Below, one piece after another: positions 1 through 9,029 of a DNA stretch of 64,000 nucleotides (position 1 is the first letter of the stretch; each line of letters opens with the position of its first letter). This DNA comes from Gammaproteobacteria bacterium (GTDB taxonomy: Bacteria > Pseudomonadota > Gammaproteobacteria > Eutrophobiales > Eutrophobiaceae): the NCBI GenBank assembly GCA_965221695.1, contig OZ244905.1:2592001-2656000 (forward strand). The letters run 5' to 3'. Below the pieces are notes generated by a model. That model worked only from the letters and a program-made list of their open reading frames with translations, did not search any database and was not told the origin of the DNA. Made by a program: the position numbers and the translations under genes.

Positions 1-95
1 TGATGCACCAGTTACAGTTGCTACAGGAACGGCTGGTACTGGACTCCCAGAATTATTGCGACGTCAACCTGTTGCGCCACTTGCAAGTCCGGTAA
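1..95 (+). CDS. C-terminal fragment of a MotA/TolQ/ExbB proton-channel family protein (runs in from the window edge)
   Basis: Frame reads ...MHQLQLLQERLVLDSQNYCDVNLLRHLQVR* (stop 93-95). It resembles the ExbB/TolQ cytoplasmic tail and lies upstream of genes with ExbD-like TM segments. Not in the ORF track. Confidence 0.6.
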   Translation, partial: MHQLQLLQERLVLDSQNYCDVNLLRHLQVR

Positions 96-116
96 AAGCA
101 AACGGCAGAAGTTTGA

Positions 117-1463
117 ATGAACATCGCAGTCATAGAACTGAACGACTCGGAGGTCACCCTGGTCCAGTCCGGACAGATCGTGGCGCGCAGCCCCGGCATT
201 GCCGTGATCAAGGAGGACCGCATTGAGCTGGGGCAGGCGGCGCTGCAATCCACGCATATTGACCCCAGGAATACCTTCAGCCGGTTCTGGAGCAACCTGA
301 ACCAGGACAACCTCAAGCACAAGACGAAACTCGCCAGGCATAATGCCGACCTGGCCTTTGCGCACTTGTCTGCTTTGCATGACATGGCGGGCGAGGTGGA
401 GGAGGCGCTTCTTGCCGTGCCCGGTAGCTTCACCAGCGCGCAGCTCTCGTTGCTGCTGGGCCTGGCGCAAGCCTCTCCGTTTTCGGTGACCGGCCTGGTG
501 GACGCCGCAGTGGCGGCAACCGCGGCGACGGCCGGGCCAGGCAGTTACAACCACCTGGACATCCAACTGCACCAGACCGTGGTCACCTCCCTGGAGGTTT
601 CAGGCACCGCGAAGCGCGTCGCAGTGAAAGTGATTGACGATGTCGGGCTGCTGGAGATTCAGGATAAGTGCTTGAATCACATCGCTGACCTGTTCATCCG
701 CCAATCCCGGTTCGACCCGCTGCATCATGCGGCAACAGAACAAGCCCTTTGCAACAGTCTGACACAATGCCTGGAAGAACTCCGGACCGAGGCAGACTCC
801 CTGGTCGATATCGGGTTCGAGAACGCACGTTACCAGGCTCGGGTGAGTCGGGAACGCCTGGTAGAAACTTTGGAACCATTGTATAACCGGATCAGCGCCG
901 GCGCCGACAGCGCCCGAGTTTGTCTGGTAAACAAGCGTCTGGCCGGGCTTCCGATGTTTACCGAACACCTGGCCGCAAGCGGTAACGAGGTTCGCATCCT
1001 GGACGAGCGCGCGGTCTTTGCCGGTTGCATGGATTATGCGTCGGAGCGCAAAACCGGGGATGACGGAATTTATTTCGTTACCGAACTCAAGACCATTGGC
1101 GAACCACCGGCAATCAGCGGCACAGCAACCGCGTTGGCGCAAGAACCTGAAGCCGGTCCGACCCATCTCCTGGTGGATGCAGAGGCCCACCCGCTTGGAC
1201 AGGCCCCGTTATACCTGTCCGCGCAAGGCGCATTATCCGCATCCGGCGGGCAGGAATTCCTCTGTTCGCTGACCCTGAACGGTGCGGCGGCAACCCTGGT
1301 CCCGGCGGACGCCGGCACAGAGATTTATGTCAACGGTCATACCGTGCGCGGTCATGTCAGTCTCAGCTTGGGTGATAACATCAGTTTTGCCAACTCGGAT
1401 CGCGCATTTACCCTGATCAGGACGCTGGCGGCAGGACAGGAACCCCTCTCCGGAGACAGATGA
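117..1463 (+). CDS. Hypothetical protein with an actin-like ATPase (Hsp70/MreB-like) fold and a C-terminal FHA-like domain
   Basis: N-terminal 'IAVIELND', 'LLAVPGSFT' and 'LVDAAVAA' resemble Hsp70/MreB elements. C-terminal 'IYVNG...LSLGDNISF' resembles an FHA terminus. Confidence 0.6.
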   Translation: MNIAVIELNDSEVTLVQSGQIVARSPGIAVIKEDRIELGQAALQSTHIDPRNTFSRFWSNLNQDNLKHKTKLARHNADLAFAHLSALHDMAGEVEEALLAVPGSFTSAQLSLLLGLAQASPFSVTGLVDAAVAATAATAGPGSYNHLDIQLHQTVVTSLEVSGTAKRVAVKVIDDVGLLEIQDKCLNHIADLFIRQSRFDPLHHAATEQALCNSLTQCLEELRTEADSLVDIGFENARYQARVSRERLVETLEPLYNRISAGADSARVCLVNKRLAGLPMFTEHLAASGNEVRILDERAVFAGCMDYASERKTGDDGIYFVTELKTIGEPPAISGTATALAQEPEAGPTHLLVDAEAHPLGQAPLYLSAQGALSASGGQEFLCSLTLNGAAATLVPADAGTEIYVNGHTVRGHVSLSLGDNISFANSDRAFTLIRTLAAGQEPLSGDR

Positions 1464-2545
1464 GGAACAAGAGACTGCTGACCCCTTTCAGCCTGTCGTT
1501 CCTTGACATCATGTCATGCGGCTTCGGCTCGGTGGTGCTGCTGTTCCTTATCATCAAGCATAACGTCGATACCCATACCATTATTCCTGTTGACACCCGG
1601 GACCAGACTGCTGAGGTGATGCTGCTGGAGGAGGAGATACTGGAAGGCAAACAAAACCTTGCCAAGGCCCGCAATACCATCTCGGAAATTGACGAGCAAC
1701 TGGCGCTTGCGCAAGGCATGGCCCGGCGCATCATGGAGAAGATCCGGGAAACACGCTCGCTCGCGGACCAGTTGACCGATACCACCAGCACTGTGGAACT
1801 GGACCGCTTGAAGCTGAATATCAAGGAGTTGGAGGAACAGAGACAACAGTTGCAAGAGGAGGTCAAGGACACGGGAGGCAATGTCCGGCGCCTGGTGGGC
1901 GATGGCAACCGCGAGTACCTGACCGGTCTGAAACTGGGAGGGAAACGCATATTGATTCTGCTGGATGTCTCCGGCAGTATGCTGGACGATACCATCGTCA
2001 ACATCATCCGCTTTCGCAATATGCGCGATGGGCTCAAGCGCAACGCGCCCAAATGGGTGCAGACCTTGCGCATGGTGGAATGGCTCGTTGCCGGGTTCCC
2101 CAGAGACAGCCAATACCAGATCTATGTGTTCAACACGGAAACCCGCTCGCTATTGCCGGGCTTGACCGGGAAGTGGCTGGACATAAGCAACAAGCCGGAA
2201 CTGGATTCGGCGATGGGTGAGCTCGGCAAGATCGTGCCGGAGGGTGGCACCAACCTGGAAAACGCGTTTGCCGCGATTGGCAAGTTGCGACCGCGGCCAG
2301 ACAACGTCTACCTGATCACGGATGGCCTGCCGACGCTGGGTTCGAGGAACCTGCGCGGCGTCACCATTACCGGCAAGCAACGCCTGAACCTGTTCACCAG
2401 GGCGATAAAGCAGATGCCCGGCAATGTGCCCGTTAACGTTATCCTGGCGCCGCTGGAAGGCGACCCGGAAGCGGCTTTTGCCTACTGGCGCCTGGCTTTG
2501 AACACGGGCGGCTCGTTTCTCATCCCGAGCGAGGACTGGCCATGA
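1460..2545 (+). CDS. Membrane-anchored vWA-domain protein (ExbD/MotB-like N-terminal TM, coiled coil, vWA)
   Basis: TM segment 'FSLSFLDIMSCGFGSVVLLFLII', MIDAS motif 'LDVSGSM', 'LITDGLP'; 4-nt overlap with the upstream gene. Confidence 0.85.
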   Translation: MRNKRLLTPFSLSFLDIMSCGFGSVVLLFLIIKHNVDTHTIIPVDTRDQTAEVMLLEEEILEGKQNLAKARNTISEIDEQLALAQGMARRIMEKIRETRSLADQLTDTTSTVELDRLKLNIKELEEQRQQLQEEVKDTGGNVRRLVGDGNREYLTGLKLGGKRILILLDVSGSMLDDTIVNIIRFRNMRDGLKRNAPKWVQTLRMVEWLVAGFPRDSQYQIYVFNTETRSLLPGLTGKWLDISNKPELDSAMGELGKIVPEGGTNLENAFAAIGKLRPRPDNVYLITDGLPTLGSRNLRGVTITGKQRLNLFTRAIKQMPGNVPVNVILAPLEGDPEAAFAYWRLALNTGGSFLIPSEDWP

Positions 2546-3546
2546 GGAAAAAACGGCGGGAAAACGAGGCGTTCAGCATCTCGTTTCTGGACGTCATCAC
2601 TTGCGGATTTGGCGCCATCATACTGTTGCTGATGATCGCCAAGACCGGAGACAGCCCCATCCTGGAGAGCGCGCTGGAATCCATGCAGGGTATTGTTCGG
2701 GAATTGCAGGTGCAGTTATTTGAAATCCGCGGCGAGGCCAAAATCCTCAATCGTGAACTGGACGCCAAACATGAGCAGCGTTCGGAATGGGATCTGCGGG
2801 TCGCGCGCCTGCAAGCGGAACTGGCACAGGAAGAACTGCGTTATAACAGTGTGCGAGATGACGCCGCGGTCGGCGTCATCATTAAAGGAGAGCTAGAGCT
2901 GGCACTGCAGCAGCTCACGGATGAGATGAAACGCCTGCTGTCACAAGAAGACCGCGTTCGGACGGGCCTGGTTGGCGGCATACCGGTAGACAGCGAGTAT
3001 GTTATTTTCATCATCGATACCTCGGGCAGCATGGTGAACTACCATTGGGAGAACATGATCAACCAGTTGATTACCACTCTTGATGTATACCCCCGCTTGA
3101 AGGGGATACAGATTATGAGCGACATGGGCGATTTTCTGTTTTCCCAGTACCGGAACAAGTGGATTCCCGATACCAAAGGCAGGCGACAGGTGATCATCCG
3201 AACCTTGCGTTCCTGGCGCGCATTCAGCAACAGCAGCCCGGTGGAAGGTATCACCCGGGCTATCCGCGCCTTTTATGATCCCGCAAAGAAGATCAGCATC
3301 TACGTATACGGCGATGAGTTTACCGGCCCATCAATCCGGGAGGTTCTCAATACGGTTGCGCGCATCAACCCGAAGGACAAGGGCGGCAATCCGCGGGTGC
3401 GCATCCATGCGGTCGGCTTTCCTGTTCCATCCAGCGCATCTGAACATTTCCTTTTGACCAACAAGCGTTATGCGTCGCTGATGCGCCAACTGACCCACGA
3501 AAACGGCGGCGCTTACGTCGGCCTGAATGACCCAGGAGCGCGATAA
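2542..3546 (+). CDS. Second membrane-anchored vWA-domain protein (paralog)
   Basis: TM segment 'FSISFLDVITCGFGAIILLLMI', MIDAS motif 'IDTSGSM'; ATGA overlap with the upstream gene. Confidence 0.85.
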   Translation: MRKKRRENEAFSISFLDVITCGFGAIILLLMIAKTGDSPILESALESMQGIVRELQVQLFEIRGEAKILNRELDAKHEQRSEWDLRVARLQAELAQEELRYNSVRDDAAVGVIIKGELELALQQLTDEMKRLLSQEDRVRTGLVGGIPVDSEYVIFIIDTSGSMVNYHWENMINQLITTLDVYPRLKGIQIMSDMGDFLFSQYRNKWIPDTKGRRQVIIRTLRSWRAFSNSSPVEGITRAIRAFYDPAKKISIYVYGDEFTGPSIREVLNTVARINPKDKGGNPRVRIHAVGFPVPSSASEHFLLTNKRYASLMRQLTHENGGAYVGLNDPGAR

Positions 3547-3547
3547 T

Positions 3548-4186
3548 ATGAACTTAAGACCTTTTTACATTGCCGGCATAGTGTTAATTCTCAGCGCCTG
3601 TGAGCAATCCGTTTCGCTCAAGGTAGACAGCGAGATACCCACCCCGGTCATCGCCAGGATGCCGGTAACCATCGGCGTTTACCTCGGGGATGAATTGCGT
3701 AACTTCGCATACGAGGAAAATTCCGAAGACCGGCCCAACTGGAAGATCGATAGCGGCTCCTCTCATGTGGCCTTGTTCGAACAAATCCTCGGCTCCATGT
3801 TCGTGCAGACACTGGAAGTAACGAGTACTGAGGCCAGCGCAGGCGTCGACGCAGTCCTGGCGCCCAGCGTCTCGGAAATGCAGTTTGCGCTCCCCGCGGA
3901 AACCAGCTCGGAATTTTATGAAGCCTGGATAAAATACGATATAGCGCTCTACAACGCCGATGGCAGCGCCATTGCAAACTGGTCGGTCACCGGTTACGGC
4001 AAATCGTCCACCGAGTTCATGAAGAGCCGCGACAAGGGGCTGAACGCCGCAGTCAACCAGGCCCTGCGGGATGCCGGCGCGAAATTTGCGCTGGGCTTTC
4101 AAAAGGTAGAAGCAGTCAACACCTGGCTTGAAGGTTTGACACCTGCAGATGACTTGGGTGGTTTATCCACAGATGGCGCAGAATAG
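3548..4186 (+). CDS. Hypothetical lipoprotein
   Basis: Start MNLRPF at 3548, hydrophobic stretch and lipobox 'LSAC'. Confidence 0.75.
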   Translation: MNLRPFYIAGIVLILSACEQSVSLKVDSEIPTPVIARMPVTIGVYLGDELRNFAYEENSEDRPNWKIDSGSSHVALFEQILGSMFVQTLEVTSTEASAGVDAVLAPSVSEMQFALPAETSSEFYEAWIKYDIALYNADGSAIANWSVTGYGKSSTEFMKSRDKGLNAAVNQALRDAGAKFALGFQKVEAVNTWLEGLTPADDLGGLSTDGAE

Positions 4187-4204
4187 CGCAGACTAACCCG
4201 AGCG

Positions 4205-4277
4205 CCCCCATCCCATACCCGTAAACGGGAATCCAGTAAAACAACAGGTCGCTCTGCGAGCGACACAATATTAGACT
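4205..4277. repeat. Degenerate copy of the palindromic 'ATTCCC-N8-GGGAATCCAGT...GTCGC-loop-GCGAC' repeat (family R)
   Basis: cccgtaaacgggaatccagt...gtcgctctgcgagcgacac; similar to the copies at 6611, 10845, 27715 and 36849. Confidence 0.75.
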
Positions 4278-4320
4278 ATAATTTAAAGTTGTAACAAACA
4301 TCTATGTGCATTGCGCAAGT

Positions 4321-4989
4321 ATGAAAATCCTGTCGAATATCATCGTACTGGTTGGTTTGGTCCTGTTGGCCGGGTGTAAGAGCACCACTGTGATCGACGA
4401 GTATCGGGAAACTTCTGTTGCAAAGATAGTCGGTGGCGAGTCCATTGTGATACTGGGCCGGCGCCACAGCTCCGGCTATGAGACCGAGGACGACTTCATA
4501 AACTGTGTCGGCAAGTCGGTGACACAGGGGCAGTCCGAGATCAACGTGATCCCGGAAAAGGATTTTATCGACAGCATGTACCCGTACTTCGAGACCAGTA
4601 CCGCACCGATGGACGTGAGGAACCTGGGTAAGCTGGCGCAGATCCCGGTCATTGCCGACAAGTTCAACGATTTTAACCTGCGTTATTTTGTCTGGATTGA
4701 CGGCGCTACCGAAAGAACGGATTCCTCCGGTTCCGTGTCCTGTGCCGTGGGACCGGGCGGCGGCGGGTGTTTCGGTTTTGCCTATTGGAAAGACGAGGCG
4801 AACTATGAGGCCAGCATCTGGGATTTCAAACAACTGGCCCTGTCCGGCAAGATCAATGCCGAGACCAAAGGCACCTCGTTCATGCCGGCGATAATCATCC
4901 CCATCCCGATGCTGGCCCGGGTCCAGGAAAATGCCTGCAAGTCCCTGGCCAACCAGATCAAAACCTTCTTCACTGAACAGCCAGGCTGA
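4321..4989 (+). CDS. Hypothetical lipoprotein
   Basis: Start MKILSN at 4321, lipobox 'LAGC', Cys-flanked 'CAVGPGGGGC' loop. Confidence 0.8.
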   Translation: MKILSNIIVLVGLVLLAGCKSTTVIDEYRETSVAKIVGGESIVILGRRHSSGYETEDDFINCVGKSVTQGQSEINVIPEKDFIDSMYPYFETSTAPMDVRNLGKLAQIPVIADKFNDFNLRYFVWIDGATERTDSSGSVSCAVGPGGGGCFGFAYWKDEANYEASIWDFKQLALSGKINAETKGTSFMPAIIIPIPMLARVQENACKSLANQIKTFFTEQPG

Positions 4990-5037
4990 CCCTCAGCCGC
5001 AGGGCAACCGCACATTTTGTGTTTTACCGCTTTCTCC

Positions 5038-5092
5038 GGGAGCGCGGGCGTCTCGCCCGCCAGTCAGACGCGAGCAAGACACCCGCGCTCCC
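5038..5092. repeat. REP-like inverted doublet (GGGAGCGCGGG...CCCGCGCTCCC) between convergent genes
   Basis: gggagcgcgggcgtctcgcccgc ... gcgagcaagacacccgcgctccc; a related single unit lies at 27697-27717. Confidence 0.7.
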
Positions 5093-5169
5093 AGGAAATT
5101 AGTGACCGATTTATCGCGCCTTAACGGCGCAGCGGGTGTCAGGATTCAAAGGATGCGGTTGCCCGGCCC

Positions 5170-6417
5170 TCAGCCCGCAGCCATCTCCAGCATCGCGTGC
5201 AGCAGAACGTTGCAGCCGGCTTCCACATCTTCCCTGCTGGCATTTTCTGCCTCGTTGTGGCTTAGTCCACCCTCACAGGGAATGAAGATCATGCTGGTGG
5301 GCGCTACCCTGGACACATTCACGGAATCGTGGCCGGCGCCGCTTACCATCTCCCTGGCGTCGTACCCCAGTGTGGCGGCCGCAGTACGTACAGCATTAAT
5401 GCAGCCCTCGTCAAAATCAATGGCCGCGTATTCAAGCTCCTGCATGACTTCCGCGGACAAACGGTATTTTGCGCATTCATTACTGACGATTTCACGCATA
5501 ATCCGCGCCATGTTCTCTACTTGCCGCCGTTCGGGGTGGCGCAGATCTGCGGTGATGATAACCCGTTCCGGCACGGTATTGCGCGCGCCGGGTTCGGCCC
5601 TGATATCGCCGAAGGTAATTCTTGCCTGGGGCTTGAAATCGTCGGCAAGCTGGTAGAGCTTGTCCAGTATCCCGTGCAAGGCCATGAACGGGTCCCGGCG
5701 CACCTCCATCGGTGTCGTTCCCGCATGGCACGGAACACCGCCGATGATCAGGTCATACCAGCCAATGGCCTGGACTCCGTTCACTATGCCGATCTGCAGG
5801 CCCTCATGTTCCAGTATCGGACCCTGCTCGATATGGACTTCGAATGCGGCCTTCAGCGGTTTTGGCTGGCATGGCTCAGGGCCAAGATAACCGATTCGCT
5901 GCAATTCTTCTTTTACGGTCTTTCCTTCCTTATCCACGCGGTCGTGTCCGTAATCCAGGTCGAACGCGCCGGCCCATACCCCTGAACCCAGCATCGCCGG
6001 CGCGAAGCGGGCGCCTTCCTCGTTGGTCCAACTTACAACTTCCAACGGGTGCCGGGTCTCCACACCCTGGTCATTCAGGGTACGGATCACTTCAAGACCG
6101 GCAAGAACTCCGTATACACCATCAAACTTCCCTCCCGTGGGTTGGGTATCCAGGTGCGAACCGGCAATCACTGGCGGTAGCGAATCATCCGCGCCCGCAC
6201 GGCGGGCGAAGATATTGCCCATGGCGTCGGTGGTCACCGTGCAACCGGCAGCCTTGCACCAGGATACAAACAGGTCCCGGCCCGTCCTGTCTTCCGCAGT
6301 AAGAGCCTGGCGGTTACAACCCCCACGCGGCGTTTTCCCGATCTCGGCCATTTCCATCAGGGATGACCATAGCCGGTCACTGTCAATCCTGATTGTGGCG
6401 TTGCTTGCTGATGTCAT
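5170..6417 (-). CDS. Zn-dependent N-carbamoyl-amino acid amidohydrolase (M20; beta-ureidopropionase/allantoate amidohydrolase family)
   Basis: Motifs GSHLDTQPTGGKFDG, NEEGARF, EVHIEQGP, SGAGHD, SHNEAE. Confidence 0.92.
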   Translation of the reverse strand: MTSASNATIRIDSDRLWSSLMEMAEIGKTPRGGCNRQALTAEDRTGRDLFVSWCKAAGCTVTTDAMGNIFARRAGADDSLPPVIAGSHLDTQPTGGKFDGVYGVLAGLEVIRTLNDQGVETRHPLEVVSWTNEEGARFAPAMLGSGVWAGAFDLDYGHDRVDKEGKTVKEELQRIGYLGPEPCQPKPLKAAFEVHIEQGPILEHEGLQIGIVNGVQAIGWYDLIIGGVPCHAGTTPMEVRRDPFMALHGILDKLYQLADDFKPQARITFGDIRAEPGARNTVPERVIITADLRHPERRQVENMARIMREIVSNECAKYRLSAEVMQELEYAAIDFDEGCINAVRTAAATLGYDAREMVSGAGHDSVNVSRVAPTSMIFIPCEGGLSHNEAENASREDVEAGCNVLLHAMLEMAAG

Positions 6418-6422
6418 ATTAA

Positions 6423-6573
6423 GGAACCTCTGATTAAGTCAGAGGTTCCTACGATACAAGGATGTATCGTCAATATCAATGACTGTAAGGCATTGATATT
6501 GTGAGGAAAACAAAAATCGCATTTTTGTTTTCCGTACTCTGACAAGTCCAGGATGGACTTGTTCAGAGTTTCC
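6423..6573 (+). mobile_element. 151-bp non-autonomous MITE (IS5-like ends), copy A, made of five tandem hairpins
   Basis: TIRs GGAACCTCTGATTAAG / GGAAACTCTGAACAAG, TTAA on both sides; near-identical to 10677-10827 (inverted) and 58380-58530. Confidence 0.88.
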
Positions 6574-6610
6574 TTAAATTAATTTGCTGTGTGTATTTTG
6601 TATAACCTAT

Positions 6611-6674
6611 CCCCGATACCATTCCCGTGCAAACGGGAATCCAGTAAAATAAAGCGTCGCCCTGCGGGCGACAC
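6611..6674. repeat. Family R palindromic repeat
   Basis: attcccgtgcaaacgggaatccagt...gtcgccctgcgggcgacac. Confidence 0.8.
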
Positions 6675-6746
6675 CCTGTTCATGATCACCCACAACTGCT
6701 GACGCAAATCTATTCGATGAACCGGTAAGGTATCCGAGTTAACATT

Positions 6747-7490
6747 ATGGAGTTTATCACAGACCCATTCTTTTACCTGATCGCGGTTCCCGCCGTGCTG
6801 TTCGTCGGCATTGCAAAAGGAGGATTTGCCGGGACTCTTGGGGCGATAACCGTGCCCCTGATGTCATTCGCTGTCGACCCGTTCACGGCTGCGGCCATAC
6901 TGTTGCCGATCCTGTGCGTCATGGACATTCTTGCTGCCTGGAATTTTCGTCATGCTTTTGACGTCTCCCACCTGAAGGCGCTGATCCCGGGCAGTGTCAT
7001 CGGTATTGCGCTGGCATCGCTGCTGATGGGCAAGTTGACGGAAGACCATGTACGCATCATGGTCGGGGTCATCGCCGTCAGCTTCAGTCTGAACCATTGG
7101 CTGCGCCTGTCCGAGCGCGCAACCAAGCCGGGGAAGGCCAGCGCTTATTTCTGGGGCGGTGTTGCCGGGTTCACCAGCACCCAGGTGCATGCCGGTGGCC
7201 CGCCGCTGAGCGTCTACATGCTGTCCCAGCGCCTGGAGAAGAAAACCCTGATCGGCACCATGGTCATGTTTTTCTTCTTCATCAATTATGTGAAGCTGAT
7301 TCCCTACACCTACCTGGACCTGCTGACCCTGCGCAACCTGACGACTTCACTGATACTGATGCCGATCGCACCGTTGGGAATAAAACTGGGCTATTGGCTG
7401 CTGCATAAGCTTTCAGAGGAACTGGTATACAGGATCCTGTACCTGTCACTATTCGTCCTGGGGATCAAAATGATACTTGATGGGATATAA
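6747..7490 (+). CDS. Sulfite exporter TauE/SafE family membrane protein
   Basis: Multi-TM protein; 'GIAKGGFAG' and 'HAGGPP' motifs. Confidence 0.88.
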   Translation: MEFITDPFFYLIAVPAVLFVGIAKGGFAGTLGAITVPLMSFAVDPFTAAAILLPILCVMDILAAWNFRHAFDVSHLKALIPGSVIGIALASLLMGKLTEDHVRIMVGVIAVSFSLNHWLRLSERATKPGKASAYFWGGVAGFTSTQVHAGGPPLSVYMLSQRLEKKTLIGTMVMFFFFINYVKLIPYTYLDLLTLRNLTTSLILMPIAPLGIKLGYWLLHKLSEELVYRILYLSLFVLGIKMILDGI

Positions 7491-7701
7491 CGCCAGGTTT
7501 GCCTTTGCTGTTGGCACACTGTTGCGTAATCCCCGTGTCATGCTCCTGGCATTGGATGTCTGCGTCTCGCTTGTCGAAATCGGCAGGGCTTACTCTGGTG
7601 TTGCCGTTCAGCCTACATCCATCCTGGTTCATATTGCCGGTTGCATTTGCCTTTGCTGTCACCATCACAGCCAGTACCTTCCGGAAGTATCTCTGATATA
7701 G

Positions 7702-7755
7702 TTGACTGTAATAATACAGTCTGTTAAGCTGTATTACGTCGCTGTAATTTTACAG
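7702..7755 (+). promoter_or_regulatory. Probable promoter and autoregulatory operators of the TA operon
   Basis: TTGACT at 7702 overlaps the palindrome GACTGTA-ATAA-TACAGTC (7704-7721); a related palindrome CTGTAA-TT-TTACAG lies at 7742-7755 before the RBS. Confidence 0.6.
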
Positions 7756-7769
7756 TAATGGAGGTGTAT

Positions 7770-8171
7770 ATGATCGCTCAAGCCGAACAATTGCTGCAAC
7801 GTGGTTCCAGTGTAACCAGTTCCCTGCTGCCGGCGATTTTTAATATCTTCAGTCAGTGGAAACTGACCGGCGCCCAGCAAATGACCCTGTTGGGACTCAG
7901 CAACGAGAAAACGCTTTACAACTGGAAGGGTCAGCCGCAAAAAGCCAAGTTGACACGGGATTTGTTGGAGCGGGCCAGCTATATCCTGGGTATCTACAAG
8001 TCGCTGCAAATCCTGTTGCCCGATCAGGCTCAGGCCGATCAGTGGCTGTCTTCGCCCAATGACAATCCGCTCTTCAACGGCACAGCGCCGCTGGATCGGC
8101 TTCTGGCCGGTCATGTAGTAGACCTGGCCGTGGTCAGAGATTTCCTCAATGCGGAGCGGGGTGGCTGGTGA
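7770..8171 (+). CDS. Antitoxin, Xre/MbcA/ParS family
   Basis: HTH-like 'LLGLSNEKTLYNWK' and C-terminal 'WLSSPNDNPLFNGTAPLD'; RBS GGAGGT before ATG 7770; overlaps the RES gene. Confidence 0.9.
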   Translation: MIAQAEQLLQRGSSVTSSLLPAIFNIFSQWKLTGAQQMTLLGLSNEKTLYNWKGQPQKAKLTRDLLERASYILGIYKSLQILLPDQAQADQWLSSPNDNPLFNGTAPLDRLLAGHVVDLAVVRDFLNAERGGW

Positions 8172-8860
8172 TCAATGTGGAAGAGCTGCCCTACAGTGAA
8201 GTGAATGAACCAGTGTACCGGGTCATTCTTTCTCGCTACCCCCAGATAGATTTATTTGAACGTGTATCCAATCCGGAGGATTGGGATGTGCTCTATGCGG
8301 TGGAGTCTCTGACCAATCCCAGGTTGCGTGATGAGCTTGGGGATATTCGACTGGTACCACCGGAAGATCGGGTCTACGGAGATGGCGCATCCTGGATTAT
8401 GGCTGCTTTCACCCACCCGCCAGTGGACGGTCGTGGAGGACGGTTCAACCGCGACTTCGGTATCTATTACTGCGCGGCTGACGAGGCAGTAGCTATTGCT
8501 GAGTCTTCCTTTCATCGAGCCAGGTTTCTCCAGGATTCCCGAATTGAACAAACCACCCAGGAGATGCGCGTGTTACGCGCGCAACTGGGCGCGGCATCTT
8601 TACACGACTTGCGGGAACTGACCGGGCACGCGATTTATCATCCCGACGACTACGGAGAAGCACAGCAACTCGGCTATGCGTTACGAGATGCCAGGAGCTA
8701 TGGCGCTCACTACCAAAGCGTCAGAACCCGGGGAGAGTGTTACGGCGTGATGCGCCCCCGAGCGTTATCGGATGCTGTCCACTGGCGCTACTTGCGTTAC
8801 CACTACGATCAGGGGTCAATTATGGAAGTTGAATCTCTGGACGGGAGCGACAGAAGGTAA
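8168..8860 (+). CDS. RES-domain toxin (NAD+-degrading, MbcT/ParT-like)
   Basis: Conserved R (YRV), E (AIAES) and S (YQSVR), plus 'GRFN...GIYYCA'. Confidence 0.88.
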   Translation: MINVEELPYSEVNEPVYRVILSRYPQIDLFERVSNPEDWDVLYAVESLTNPRLRDELGDIRLVPPEDRVYGDGASWIMAAFTHPPVDGRGGRFNRDFGIYYCAADEAVAIAESSFHRARFLQDSRIEQTTQEMRVLRAQLGAASLHDLRELTGHAIYHPDDYGEAQQLGYALRDARSYGAHYQSVRTRGECYGVMRPRALSDAVHWRYLRYHYDQGSIMEVESLDGSDRR

Positions 8861-9029
8861 TGATCGTGCATAACGAACTTAGTCAGCCCGAGTGCCACCC
8901 AGATATACCGTCACGCCCTGTTGTAAAATCCGTGAGATATCCGGTTTAGGGGCGATATTTACATTCGGCTATACCGGCGCACTTCAAACTGGCCATATGA
9001 TAGCCTGGCCTCAAGCTCAAGTCCGGCCA

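Noticed and set aside
4931-5656. 241-aa plus-strand ORF
   Set aside because: It runs through the REP doublet and antisense to the amidohydrolase, with no protein motifs.
7477-7701. Short ORFs and a 14-bp direct repeat (tttgcctttgctgt); AAAGGCAAAC on the minus strand resembles a c-di-GMP-I riboswitch
   Set aside because: The GAAA loop and the GACGCAAAGC half of the riboswitch are missing, and the ORFs have no recognisable motifs.
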